Assembly: GCA_017551165.1 (NCBI GenBank)
Contig: JAFZMO010000049.1
Location: 8,675 to 72,674 of the forward strand
Length of the DNA stretch: 64,000 bases
Direction of reading: 5' to 3'
From: Lachnospiraceae bacterium
Lineage (GTDB): Bacteria; Bacillota; Clostridia; Lachnospirales; Lachnospiraceae
Both the position numbers and the translations under genes were made by a program. Below, piece after piece: positions 10,657-17,479 of the stretch. The notes under the pieces are model-generated. The model made no database searches. It had not been told where the DNA came from and saw nothing but the letters and a program-made list of their open reading frames with translations. How positions within the stretch are numbered: position 1 is the first letter of the stretch; the number at the start of each line of letters is the position of its first letter.

Positions 10657-10685
10657 ATTTTACTTCCATTAAATAGTGAAATCAA
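10657..10685 (-). promoter_or_regulatory. Sigma-A-type promoter for nagB-glmM-kinase operon
   Basis: Minus strand reads TTGATT (10685-10680), 17-nt spacer, TAAAAT (10662-10657), about 50 nt upstream of the nagB ATG. Confidence 0.55.
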
Positions 10686-10720
10686 GAAAAAAGTGCTTTT
10701 CGTTTATCTTTTTAACCCCT

Positions 10721-10739
10721 CGTTTCACAATATGAAACG
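10721..10739. promoter_or_regulatory. Perfect inverted repeat CGTTTCA-N5-TGAAACG upstream of the nagB promoter (candidate operator)
   Basis: Read directly in the sequence: 7-bp arms and a 5-nt spacer, 36-54 nt upstream of the -35 element. Confidence 0.3.
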
Positions 10740-10930
10740 GTCGTTTTAGGGCAATCTCCGGGCCGCTGTCGATCGGTTCCGTTTTGAAGCTTTCGGCTTG
10801 TCAACATGTTTTCTTCATTATTTGACCGATTTTTTGTGTTTTCGGGGTTCGTAATGTTAATTTTTCGATTTTCCTGACATATTTTCTTACATTTCGGGTT
10901 TTTGTTGATTTTCCGTTATCTCAAAATAAT

Positions 10931-10959
10931 TTGACACGCACGATCACGGGTTGTAGAAT
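10931..10959 (+). promoter_or_regulatory. Strong orphan sigma-A-type promoter on the plus strand
   Basis: TTGACA (10931-10936), exact 17-nt spacer, TAGAAT (10954-10959). An A/T-rich tract with phased T-runs precedes it. No plus-strand ORF lies downstream. Confidence 0.55.
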
Positions 10960-10964
10960 ACACG

Positions 10965-11145
10965 AGGTTGGTTACGAAAATCTCCGAGCACGCCTTCACG
11001 GCGCAGGGTTTTCCCGAACACCTTGAAGGCGTGCCCTCTCTCAACCAAACAGGGTTGAATATATATACTTTGGCAGACATTTTTTTCATTTTCTCTCTTC
11101 TCAATTTATCGTAAAAAGACCGCTTCAATGAAGCGGCCTTTTTTC
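10965..11145 (+). ncRNA. Candidate ~180-nt small RNA (promoter to terminator, no ORF)
   Basis: Bounded by the promoter at 10931-10959 and the intrinsic terminator at 11120-11145. It contains a perfect 11-bp stem GCACGCCTTCA (10988-10998) / TGAAGGCGTGC (11024-11034) and an outer GGTTGGTT/AACCAAAC pairing. The 3' half is unstructured and pyrimidine-rich (TTCTCTCTTCTC). I recognise no Rfam family. Confidence 0.35.
11113..11145. terminator. Bidirectional rho-independent terminator (wall-hydrolase gene on minus, candidate sRNA on plus)
   Basis: Stem CCGCTTC (11120-11126) / GAAGCGG (11130-11136). T6 follows on the plus strand (11139-11144) and T5 on the minus strand (complement of 11113-11117). 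Confidence 0.8.
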
Positions 11146-11203
11146 GTTTCTGCGATATTCTGTTTTTTCTTATACGGATTCTTTCCCACGGCACCTTCCC
11201 GGG

Positions 11204-13981
11204 CTACTTGACCTTCACCGAGATCCGGTAATTCATCTTTGTGCCGTTCTCTGCGATCGTCGTCACGACCAGGATCTCATTTTTCCCGCTCAGAGCGATG
11301 GTTCCCGTTCCGTAGATCTTCGTTGCGGAAGCAGCTGCCCCCGCCTCGATCTTCAGCGTCTTGCACCCTGCGGGCACGGTCACCGTGTACTCGAAGGTGT
11401 CGCTCTTAAACGTTTCACTCAGGGAAACCTTCGTGCCGTCCGTCGTTGTCACCTTGAGCGATGACAGGTACGGGTTCGGGTTGCCCCACTTGGCGGGCTC
11501 CTTCACCGCTGCGCTCGGCATATTCTTGTATACCGGTATGGAAAATGTGATCGTCATCGTGTCCATGACGCCCATGTCGCGGTACGCCTGTGCTACTCGA
11601 ACCGACTCGGAGCGAGGCGCCTGCGCGTTTGACATATACTGGTGCGTGTAGGTGTTCGTCTTGGTCACGTTGTACTTCTGCAGATACGCGGTGTTCTGTC
11701 CCTTGCGGATGTACGTGCTTCCGATGTAATACGCACCGCCTACGATCGCGTCGTACTTGTTGTCCCACGGGATCTTACAGCCCTTGTTGAGTGAGGCGTT
11801 CGTTCCGCCGTACTTGGAGAACTTCAGTCCGTTCTTGATCGCACCGAGCGCCGCCGTGGAGTTGTAGGCGCCGATGTTGTAGAAGTTGTAATATCCCTCA
11901 AAGCCGGCGACATCGCCGGTCACACTCTTGGAGAACTTACCGCCCGAGGTCACCTCCTGCTTTGCGCGGGAAGCGAGATGATACGGGCTCACGCCGGAGT
12001 ATTTGGCGGCGTCCATAAACGCCTGGGCATAGCTGATGGTCTTTTTGTTTCCGCTGTCGTCGGTGTACGTGAACGACGCTCCTGCCATCTCGGTGCCCTT
12101 CAGTATCTTCTCGACGCCCTCGATCGTCTGCGTCTCGGGATCGTAGGTGAGATCCTCGAACATGAAGATGTAGGTGTCGTCGAGCCAGTTTCTCGGATCC
12201 ATGAAATACTGGAGTCCCGCGGAGTTGATCATCATCCACTCGCGTCCGTCGAACGACTTGAATTTCGACGAGCTCCAGCTGTACGAGCCGGACATGTACG
12301 ACAGCCACGACTCGCCCTTGTTCTGCTCGATCAGGTTGTTGCCGAGCGTGTTCTCACCCTCGATCGCATCACTCCAGGAAATGCCCGTCTGGTACGCCTT
12401 GAAGCGCCATGTCGGGTGCTTCGCGTGAAGCTCCAGCAGGTACGGGATGTAGCTCTCGGGGAATCCCGCCGCCCGCAACTCTGCCGCATATCCGCTGCTC
12501 GTATCCACGGACTCTGCGGACTTGTAGTGCAGCGAACCGCTGTTGTTCTTATCGGTGAGCGGGTATTTTTCGGAGAGCGAGATGTAGCTTCCGAACACGT
12601 ATCCGCAGTATTCACAACCATTCACGGTAAGTGCGATCTTGTACCACACGGTTCCCGTGTCCGCATATGCGAACGAGATGACCGTGACTTTCTGTCCGCT
12701 CGAGACCTGTACGACCTTCGCGTACTCGGTTCCCGGGCCGGTGCGCACGTTGAGCTTGGAGGACGTGACCGTCGCACTCACCAGCGTTGTTCCCGTGTTC
12801 TTCGTGGACTCCGGCGCCGGCGGCGTCTTCGGGACCGGCGTAGGTTCCGGCGTTGTTGTCTTCGTCGGAGTCTCTGTCTTTGTATCGGTCGGCGTGCCGG
12901 CCGATCCCGTCACCTTGACGTAATTGCCGAACACGTATCCTGTCTTCTTCACGCCGTCCAGAACGACCTCTACGCGGTACCACGTTCTTCCGGACGAATC
13001 CTTCTCTGTGCCGAGTACCGTGAGCTGATCACCCTGGTACACCTTGCCGAGCACATCGGCCACGCCGGATGCGCGGTTTCTCACGTTCATGCGCGTCGTC
13101 GTCACCGTCGCGATCTGCCCTGTTGACTTGCCGGGATCCGGCTGCGTGGACTCCGCCGATTTCGGTGTCGGTGTCGGCGTTGCACTCTTCTTCGGCTCCT
13201 GTGTGGGAGTCGCCGTGGGCTTGGGCGTAGGCGTTGCGGTAGCCTTCGGCGTCGGTGTGTTCGTGGGTGTCGGCGTGCTCGCGGTTCCCGTCACCTTGAC
13301 GTAATCGCCGAACACGTATCCTGTCTTCTTCACGCCGTCCAGTACTACCTCTACGCGGTACCAGGTTCTTCCGGACGAATCCTTCTCCGTCCCTACCACC
13401 GTAAGGCGGTCTCCCTGGTACACCTTGCCGAGCACGTCAGCAACGCCGGAAGCGCGCGAGCGCACGTTCATGCGCGTCGTGGTCACGGTCGCGATCTGAC
13501 TTCCGGTCCCGTTCTGCTTCACGGGTGTCGGCGTCGGCGATGCCTTCGTCGTCGGGGTTGCCGTCTTCTTCGCAGGCGTCGGCGTTGCGGTCGTCTTCTT
13601 CGTCGGTGTCGCTGTTGCGTTGGTCAAACCCGATACATCCGGCACGCTCTTCACGGTTACGATATACTTCGACAGCGCATAGCCGGTCACCGTCTTGCCC
13701 TTGAGCGTCGTCTCCAGCTTGTACCAGATCGCACCGTCCGTATTTTTCGCAGAGCCGATCACCGTCACCTTCTGCCCCTTCACAAGCGTGCCGAGGCTGC
13801 TGGTCTTCGGGCCCACGCCCGCGCGGAGATTGAGGTAATCCGCCGTCACGGTTCCCTCGATCCGATAGGAGGCGCCTGCTGCGGAGACATCACGAACAGA
13901 CGGCGTTCCGCAGAACCCCGTCAACGACTGCAGCATCAGTGCGAACACCAAGAAAACCGCAATGCGTTTTGCTCTCCTCAT
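11204..13981 (-). CDS. Secreted cell-wall hydrolase with 4x SH3b domains, a glucosaminidase domain and a cadherin-like beta-sandwich domain
   Basis: 925 aa from ATG 13981 (AAGGAGAG RBS; track start 14068 trimmed). Signal peptide MRRAKRIAVFLVFALML. Four SH3b-like units (LNLRAG../MNVRSRAS../LNVRTGPG..) separated by P/T-rich linkers. Glucosaminidase motifs are SPYHLASRAKQEVTSGG and YNFYNIGAY. The C-terminus has YLSSLKV..FEYTVTVP. Confidence 0.85.
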   Translation of the reverse strand: MRRAKRIAVFLVFALMLQSLTGFCGTPSVRDVSAAGASYRIEGTVTADYLNLRAGVGPKTSSLGTLVKGQKVTVIGSAKNTDGAIWYKLETTLKGKTVTGYALSKYIVTVKSVPDVSGLTNATATPTKKTTATPTPAKKTATPTTKASPTPTPVKQNGTGSQIATVTTTRMNVRSRASGVADVLGKVYQGDRLTVVGTEKDSSGRTWYRVEVVLDGVKKTGYVFGDYVKVTGTASTPTPTNTPTPKATATPTPKPTATPTQEPKKSATPTPTPKSAESTQPDPGKSTGQIATVTTTRMNVRNRASGVADVLGKVYQGDQLTVLGTEKDSSGRTWYRVEVVLDGVKKTGYVFGNYVKVTGSAGTPTDTKTETPTKTTTPEPTPVPKTPPAPESTKNTGTTLVSATVTSSKLNVRTGPGTEYAKVVQVSSGQKVTVISFAYADTGTVWYKIALTVNGCEYCGYVFGSYISLSEKYPLTDKNNSGSLHYKSAESVDTSSGYAAELRAAGFPESYIPYLLELHAKHPTWRFKAYQTGISWSDAIEGENTLGNNLIEQNKGESWLSYMSGSYSWSSSKFKSFDGREWMMINSAGLQYFMDPRNWLDDTYIFMFEDLTYDPETQTIEGVEKILKGTEMAGASFTYTDDSGNKKTISYAQAFMDAAKYSGVSPYHLASRAKQEVTSGGKFSKSVTGDVAGFEGYYNFYNIGAYNSTAALGAIKNGLKFSKYGGTNASLNKGCKIPWDNKYDAIVGGAYYIGSTYIRKGQNTAYLQKYNVTKTNTYTHQYMSNAQAPRSESVRVAQAYRDMGVMDTMTITFSIPVYKNMPSAAVKEPAKWGNPNPYLSSLKVTTTDGTKVSLSETFKSDTFEYTVTVPAGCKTLKIEAGAAASATKIYGTGTIALSGKNEILVVTTIAENGTKMNYRISVKVK
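12908..13498 (-). repeat. Tandem in-frame duplication (period 381 nt) of one SH3b domain plus P/T linker
   Basis: 12908-13117 and 13289-13498 are near-identical by eye. The protein copies are GQIATVTTTRMNVR(S/N)RASGVADVLGKVYQGD(R/Q)LTV(V/L)GTEKDSSGRTWYRVEVVLDGVKKTGYVFG(D/N)YVKVTG. Confidence 0.8.
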
Positions 13982-14025
13982 GCGCTCTCTCCTTATCGGC
14001 GAAACCGTATATGAATCTATCTTAT

Positions 14026-14054
14026 ATTTTAATACTACGCGCGTAGAATTGCAA
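14026..14054 (-). promoter_or_regulatory. Sigma-A-type promoter for the wall-hydrolase gene
   Basis: Minus strand reads TTGCAA (14054-14049), 17-nt spacer (contains the palindrome CTACGCGCGTAG), TAAAAT (14031-14026). Confidence 0.55.
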
Positions 14055-14095
14055 CGATTTTTTCGCATTTTTCCGCGCGGAAAGCCTTATTTTAT

Positions 14096-14117
14096 GCGGA
14101 AAATGATCATTTTCCGC
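14096..14117. repeat. 22-bp perfect palindrome GCGGAAAATGATCATTTTCCGC (copy 1 of a 20-nt element also at 57925-57944)
   Basis: Read directly in the sequence. It sits immediately 3' (minus sense) of the aquaporin terminator T-tract. A second palindrome TTTCCGCGCGGAAA lies at 14070-14083. Confidence 0.6.
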
Positions 14118-14118
14118 G

Positions 14119-14158
14119 CAAAAAAAGACGCGGCCGGCCGAAACCTTCCGCGTCTTTG
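14119..14158 (-). terminator. Rho-independent terminator of the aquaporin gene
   Basis: AAAGACGCGG (14124-14133) pairs with CCGCGTCTTT (14148-14157). On the minus strand a T7 run follows the stem. Confidence 0.8.
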
Positions 14159-14180
14159 CTGACGAATTATTACGAACTGA

Positions 14181-14900
14181 TCAGTCCTTCTTCTCTTCCT
14201 CGGGTTCTCCCGCAAGGAAACGATATGCAACAGCTGCCAAAAGAGCTCCTGCAAGAGGGCCTACGATAAACACCCAAACATCCGTGATCGGAGTCGAGTT
14301 GCCTGCGATCGCCGTGATCAATGCCGGGCCGAAGCTTCTCGCCGGGTTGACCGAGGTGCCGGTCAGGCCGATGCCCAGGATGTGTACGAGCACAAGCGTA
14401 AGACCGATGACAAGGCCCACTACATTGCCGTGGTTGGCCTTCTTCGAGGTCACGCCGAGGATTGCCAGGATAAAGATGAACGTCAGAATACACTCCACGA
14501 TGAGTCCTGCCGCAATGTTGCCGCCGACGCCCGCGAGGCCGTTGCTTCCGATCGCTCCCGTCATATCCTTGATGTCACCGAGCGCAAACACGCCCTTGAG
14601 AATGCCTGCGCCTGCGATCGCACCGAGAACCTGCGAGCAAAGGTAACCGCACAGATCCTTCGTGCCGAGGTCGCCGTTCACCCAAAATGCGACCGAAACC
14701 GCCGGATTGATATGGCATCCGGACACGTTGCCCACGCTGTACGCAAGCGCTACGATCGCGAGACCGAACGCAAACGCCGTCAGGATGTATCCGCTGCCGA
14801 TGGCTGCATCGCAGCCGACCGTCATCGCCGTGCCGCAGCCGACGATCACAAGTACCATGGTACCGATAAACTCCGCTACATACTTCTTAATGCTTCCCAT
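14181..14900 (-). CDS. MIP-family channel (aquaporin Z-like)
   Basis: 239 aa, six TM segments, and two NPA boxes (HINPAVS and SVNPARS). Confidence 0.92.
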   Translation of the reverse strand: MGSIKKYVAEFIGTMVLVIVGCGTAMTVGCDAAIGSGYILTAFAFGLAIVALAYSVGNVSGCHINPAVSVAFWVNGDLGTKDLCGYLCSQVLGAIAGAGILKGVFALGDIKDMTGAIGSNGLAGVGGNIAAGLIVECILTFIFILAILGVTSKKANHGNVVGLVIGLTLVLVHILGIGLTGTSVNPARSFGPALITAIAGNSTPITDVWVFIVGPLAGALLAAVAYRFLAGEPEEEKKD

Positions 14901-15019
14901 ACAATACCTCCTTTTTGGAATGTAATGACAAAAAGGAGGTCGATTGCGCGAGGATAACGCAGCGCAAGCGGGTAACCGTCAAAAGCGCGAAGCGGTTTTG
15001 ACGATAACCTCCTTTTTGG
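14901..15019 (-). promoter_or_regulatory. Structured 5' leader of the aquaporin gene with duplicated SD and a single anti-SD (candidate riboswitch or translational switch)
   Basis: In mRNA sense, CAAAAAGGAGGU occurs twice, at 15018-15007 and at 14917-14906; the second copy is the real SD, 5 nt before the ATG. ACCUCCUUUUUG (14940-14929) is perfectly complementary to both copies. Two hairpins lie between them: CGTCAAAA/TTTTGACG at 14977-15003 and TTGCGC/GCGCAA at 14944-14967. Confidence 0.45.
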
Positions 15020-15051
15020 ACTATATCTCGAACACTCTCGTGTTACGATTC

Positions 15052-16122
15052 TTACTTTCCGTCCCCGATCGCCTTCAGGAAGTTAAACAGACCGGACTGG
15101 ATCGCATTGTTGTCATGGTCTGCACCGGGCACCTCGTACCAGGTGTGCGCGATCCCATTTTTCGTGAACAACTCGTGGTAGCTCTTCGGGAACTTTCCTA
15201 CAACGCTGTCGCGCGTGCCGCAGCAGATGATGAGCGTGTCCGGAACCGTCACGTCCTCCGCAACGCGGACCTCGTCCTCCGTCATCGAGCCGGGATGCGT
15301 CATGTACATATCGACGCCGGGAACCAGGCCCGGAGCCGGCGCGATCGCGCAGACACGGCGGAACCGGTCAGGGTAACTTAAGAACGTGTACAGTGTCTCG
15401 CGGCCGCCCATGGAGAAGCCGGCGATATACGTGCCCTCTCTGCCCTGCACGGTCGAGTAATTTGCATCGATGTAAGGGATCAGGCAGTCCACAAGCTCCT
15501 TCGGAAAACGGTCGTACGGGATCATTGCCTCGCCTGTAAACCCGGGCGCCTGCACCGTCTCGTCGGACGCCGCAAACATCGCCGGGCACACGAGGATAAA
15601 CTCGCCGCACAGCCCGTCCGCAACCATGTTGCCGATGATCACCGGGATCTTGTTGCTCTTGTCCCCGGCGAAGGAATTCTCATCGCCGAAGATACCGTGC
15701 AGCAGATACACCACGGGATACTTCTTCTCCGTCGTGTAGCCGGCCGGCAACAGCACCGTATAGCCGCGGTCTCTGCCGCAGTAGTCAGAATGGTACGTGC
15801 CGTGAACATACGAGCCGTACGTCACGCCCTCGCGCTCCTTGAGGTATTCCGCGGGGCACTTGTAGTACATGCCGTTCTCATCGTACGCAGGCGTCGGTGT
15901 CGGCGTCGCGGTGGGCTCGCTCGTCGGTTCGCTTGTGGGCGTTGCCTCCGCCCCCGTCGGCGACGGCTGCAGTGCCTGCGTTGCCTCTGCCAAAGCCTCC
16001 GTCGGTGCTTCCGTGGGAGCGTCCGTCGGTTTCGCTGCCTCCTCCGTGCCTGAGCCGCAGCCCACGCAGCACGATGTGAGCAACAGCGCTACGATCCATG
16101 CTAAGATTGACATAGTCTTCAT
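15052..16122 (-). CDS. Lipoprotein esterase (alpha/beta hydrolase, putative-esterase/CE1-like)
   Basis: 356 aa. Lipobox-like LLLTSCCVGCGSG, a P/T/E-rich linker, LLHGIFGDENSF and the nucleophile elbow GFSMGG. Confidence 0.8.
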   Translation of the reverse strand: MKTMSILAWIVALLLTSCCVGCGSGTEEAAKPTDAPTEAPTEALAEATQALQPSPTGAEATPTSEPTSEPTATPTPTPAYDENGMYYKCPAEYLKEREGVTYGSYVHGTYHSDYCGRDRGYTVLLPAGYTTEKKYPVVYLLHGIFGDENSFAGDKSNKIPVIIGNMVADGLCGEFILVCPAMFAASDETVQAPGFTGEAMIPYDRFPKELVDCLIPYIDANYSTVQGREGTYIAGFSMGGRETLYTFLSYPDRFRRVCAIAPAPGLVPGVDMYMTHPGSMTEDEVRVAEDVTVPDTLIICCGTRDSVVGKFPKSYHELFTKNGIAHTWYEVPGADHDNNAIQSGLFNFLKAIGDGK

Positions 16123-16134
16123 CTGAATTCTCCT

Positions 16135-17412
16135 TTACGCCTCGTCGATCGCCTTACCGATGTCATGGCGCATGTATTTGTTGGCAAACGAGATCAACTC
16201 CGTTGCCTTGTATGCATTTGCACGAGCCTCCTTGAGGTCGCTGCCGAGCGCCGTCACACCGAGGACACGTCCGCCGTTCGTGAGCACTGCTCCGTCCTCG
16301 CCGAACTTTGTTCCCGCGTGGAACACGAACTTGTCGCTGCAGCCCTTGAAGGCGTTGAGTCCCGAGATCGGAAGCCCCTTCTCGTAGTGCTGCGGGTATC
16401 CGTCGGAGGCCAGAACAACGCAGACTGCCGCATTGTCCGCAAACTTCAGCTCCACCTCATCGAGACGACCGTCGATGCACGCCTCGAACACGTCGACGAT
16501 ATCATTTTCCATACGAGGGAGAACAACCTGCGTCTCCGGATCGCCGAAGCGCGCGTTGTACTCGAGAACCTTCGGTCCCTCCGGCGTCAGCATCAGACCG
16601 ACGAACATCACGCCCGTGAACGGACGTCCCTCCGCAGCCATCGCCGCCATCGTCGGCTCATAGATGTTCTTCACGCAGAACTCATGGATCTCATCGGTAT
16701 AGAACGGACTCGGGGAAAATGTTCCCATGCCGCCCGTGTTCAGGCCCGTATCGCCGTCGCCGGCGCGCTTGTGGTCCTGCGCGCTCGTCATCGGACGAAC
16801 GTTCTTGCCGTCGCAGAAGCACAGTGCCGACACCTCGCGTCCGGTCATGAACTCCTCGACGACCATCTTGTCGCCGGCCGAGCCGAAGTGCTTGTCGAGC
16901 ATGATCTCCTTGACGCCCGCGAGCGCCTCTGACTCGTTGTTGCAGATCAGCACGCCCTTGCCGAGAGCCAGTCCGTCCGCCTTCAGAACGACCGGATATT
17001 TGCCCTGCGAAACGATGTATGCCGAAGCCTCATCCGCGTCGGAGAACGTCTCATAGCCCGCCGTAGGGATGCCGTATTTTTTCATCAATTCCTTGGAAAA
17101 TGCCTTGCTTCCCTCGATGATGGCCGCGTTCTTTCTCGGTCCGAAGACGCGAAGGCCGGTAGCCTCAAAAGCGTCCACAACGCCGCCCACGAGCGGATCA
17201 TCGGGTCCGACCACGGTCAGGTCGATCGCATTGTCCTTCGCGAACGCAACCAGCTTGTCAAACTCCATCACACCGATCGGAACACACGTTGCAAGCTCTG
17301 CGATACCCGCATTGCCGGGCGCGCAGTAGATCTCCGTCGCCTTCTCGCTCTTTGCGATCGCCGTCACGATCGCATGCTCTCTTCCGCCGCCGCCAATTAC
17401 CAGAATTTTCAT
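16135..17412 (-). CDS. purD: Phosphoribosylamine-glycine ligase
   Basis: MKILVIGGGGREHA. Track start 17436 was trimmed to ATG 17412, which follows a GGAGGA RBS. ATP-grasp core. Confidence 0.95.
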   Translation of the reverse strand: MKILVIGGGGREHAIVTAIAKSEKATEIYCAPGNAGIAELATCVPIGVMEFDKLVAFAKDNAIDLTVVGPDDPLVGGVVDAFEATGLRVFGPRKNAAIIEGSKAFSKELMKKYGIPTAGYETFSDADEASAYIVSQGKYPVVLKADGLALGKGVLICNNESEALAGVKEIMLDKHFGSAGDKMVVEEFMTGREVSALCFCDGKNVRPMTSAQDHKRAGDGDTGLNTGGMGTFSPSPFYTDEIHEFCVKNIYEPTMAAMAAEGRPFTGVMFVGLMLTPEGPKVLEYNARFGDPETQVVLPRMENDIVDVFEACIDGRLDEVELKFADNAAVCVVLASDGYPQHYEKGLPISGLNAFKGCSDKFVFHAGTKFGEDGAVLTNGGRVLGVTALGSDLKEARANAYKATELISFANKYMRHDIGKAIDEA

Positions 17413-17479
17413 AAGTATCCTCCGTGAACCGCACACTTCCGGTGCGGTGTTTTATTTTTCGAAATAAGATGCCCGCCGA

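Noticed and set aside
10916-11194. 92-aa minus-strand ORF (or its 57-aa core from ATG 11089) in the large intergenic gap
   Set aside because: The long version starts at a GTG right after the hydrolase stop and reads through the terminator hairpin. The 57-aa core has only a weak purine-rich pre-ATG region, no credible promoter, and lies on sequence dominated by an 11-bp perfect stem. A structured plus-strand RNA explains the region better. It is kept as the alternative hypothesis in the sRNA finding.
15020-15051. Possible -10 (TATAGT, complement of 15020-15025) for the aquaporin gene right after the esterase stop
   Set aside because: The -35 is poor (TCGTAA), and the predicted start would fall inside the decoy SD copy. 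I am not confident enough to call it. It matters for the leader model and is listed there as a refutation route.
17428-17459. Hairpin ACCGCAC/GTGCGGT followed by GTTTTATTTTT between purN and purD, as a terminator
   Set aside because: The T-run follows the stem only on the plus strand, antisense to the pur genes. In the sense direction it is just a hairpin ahead of the purD RBS. It might stop antisense transcription, but I cannot support a call.
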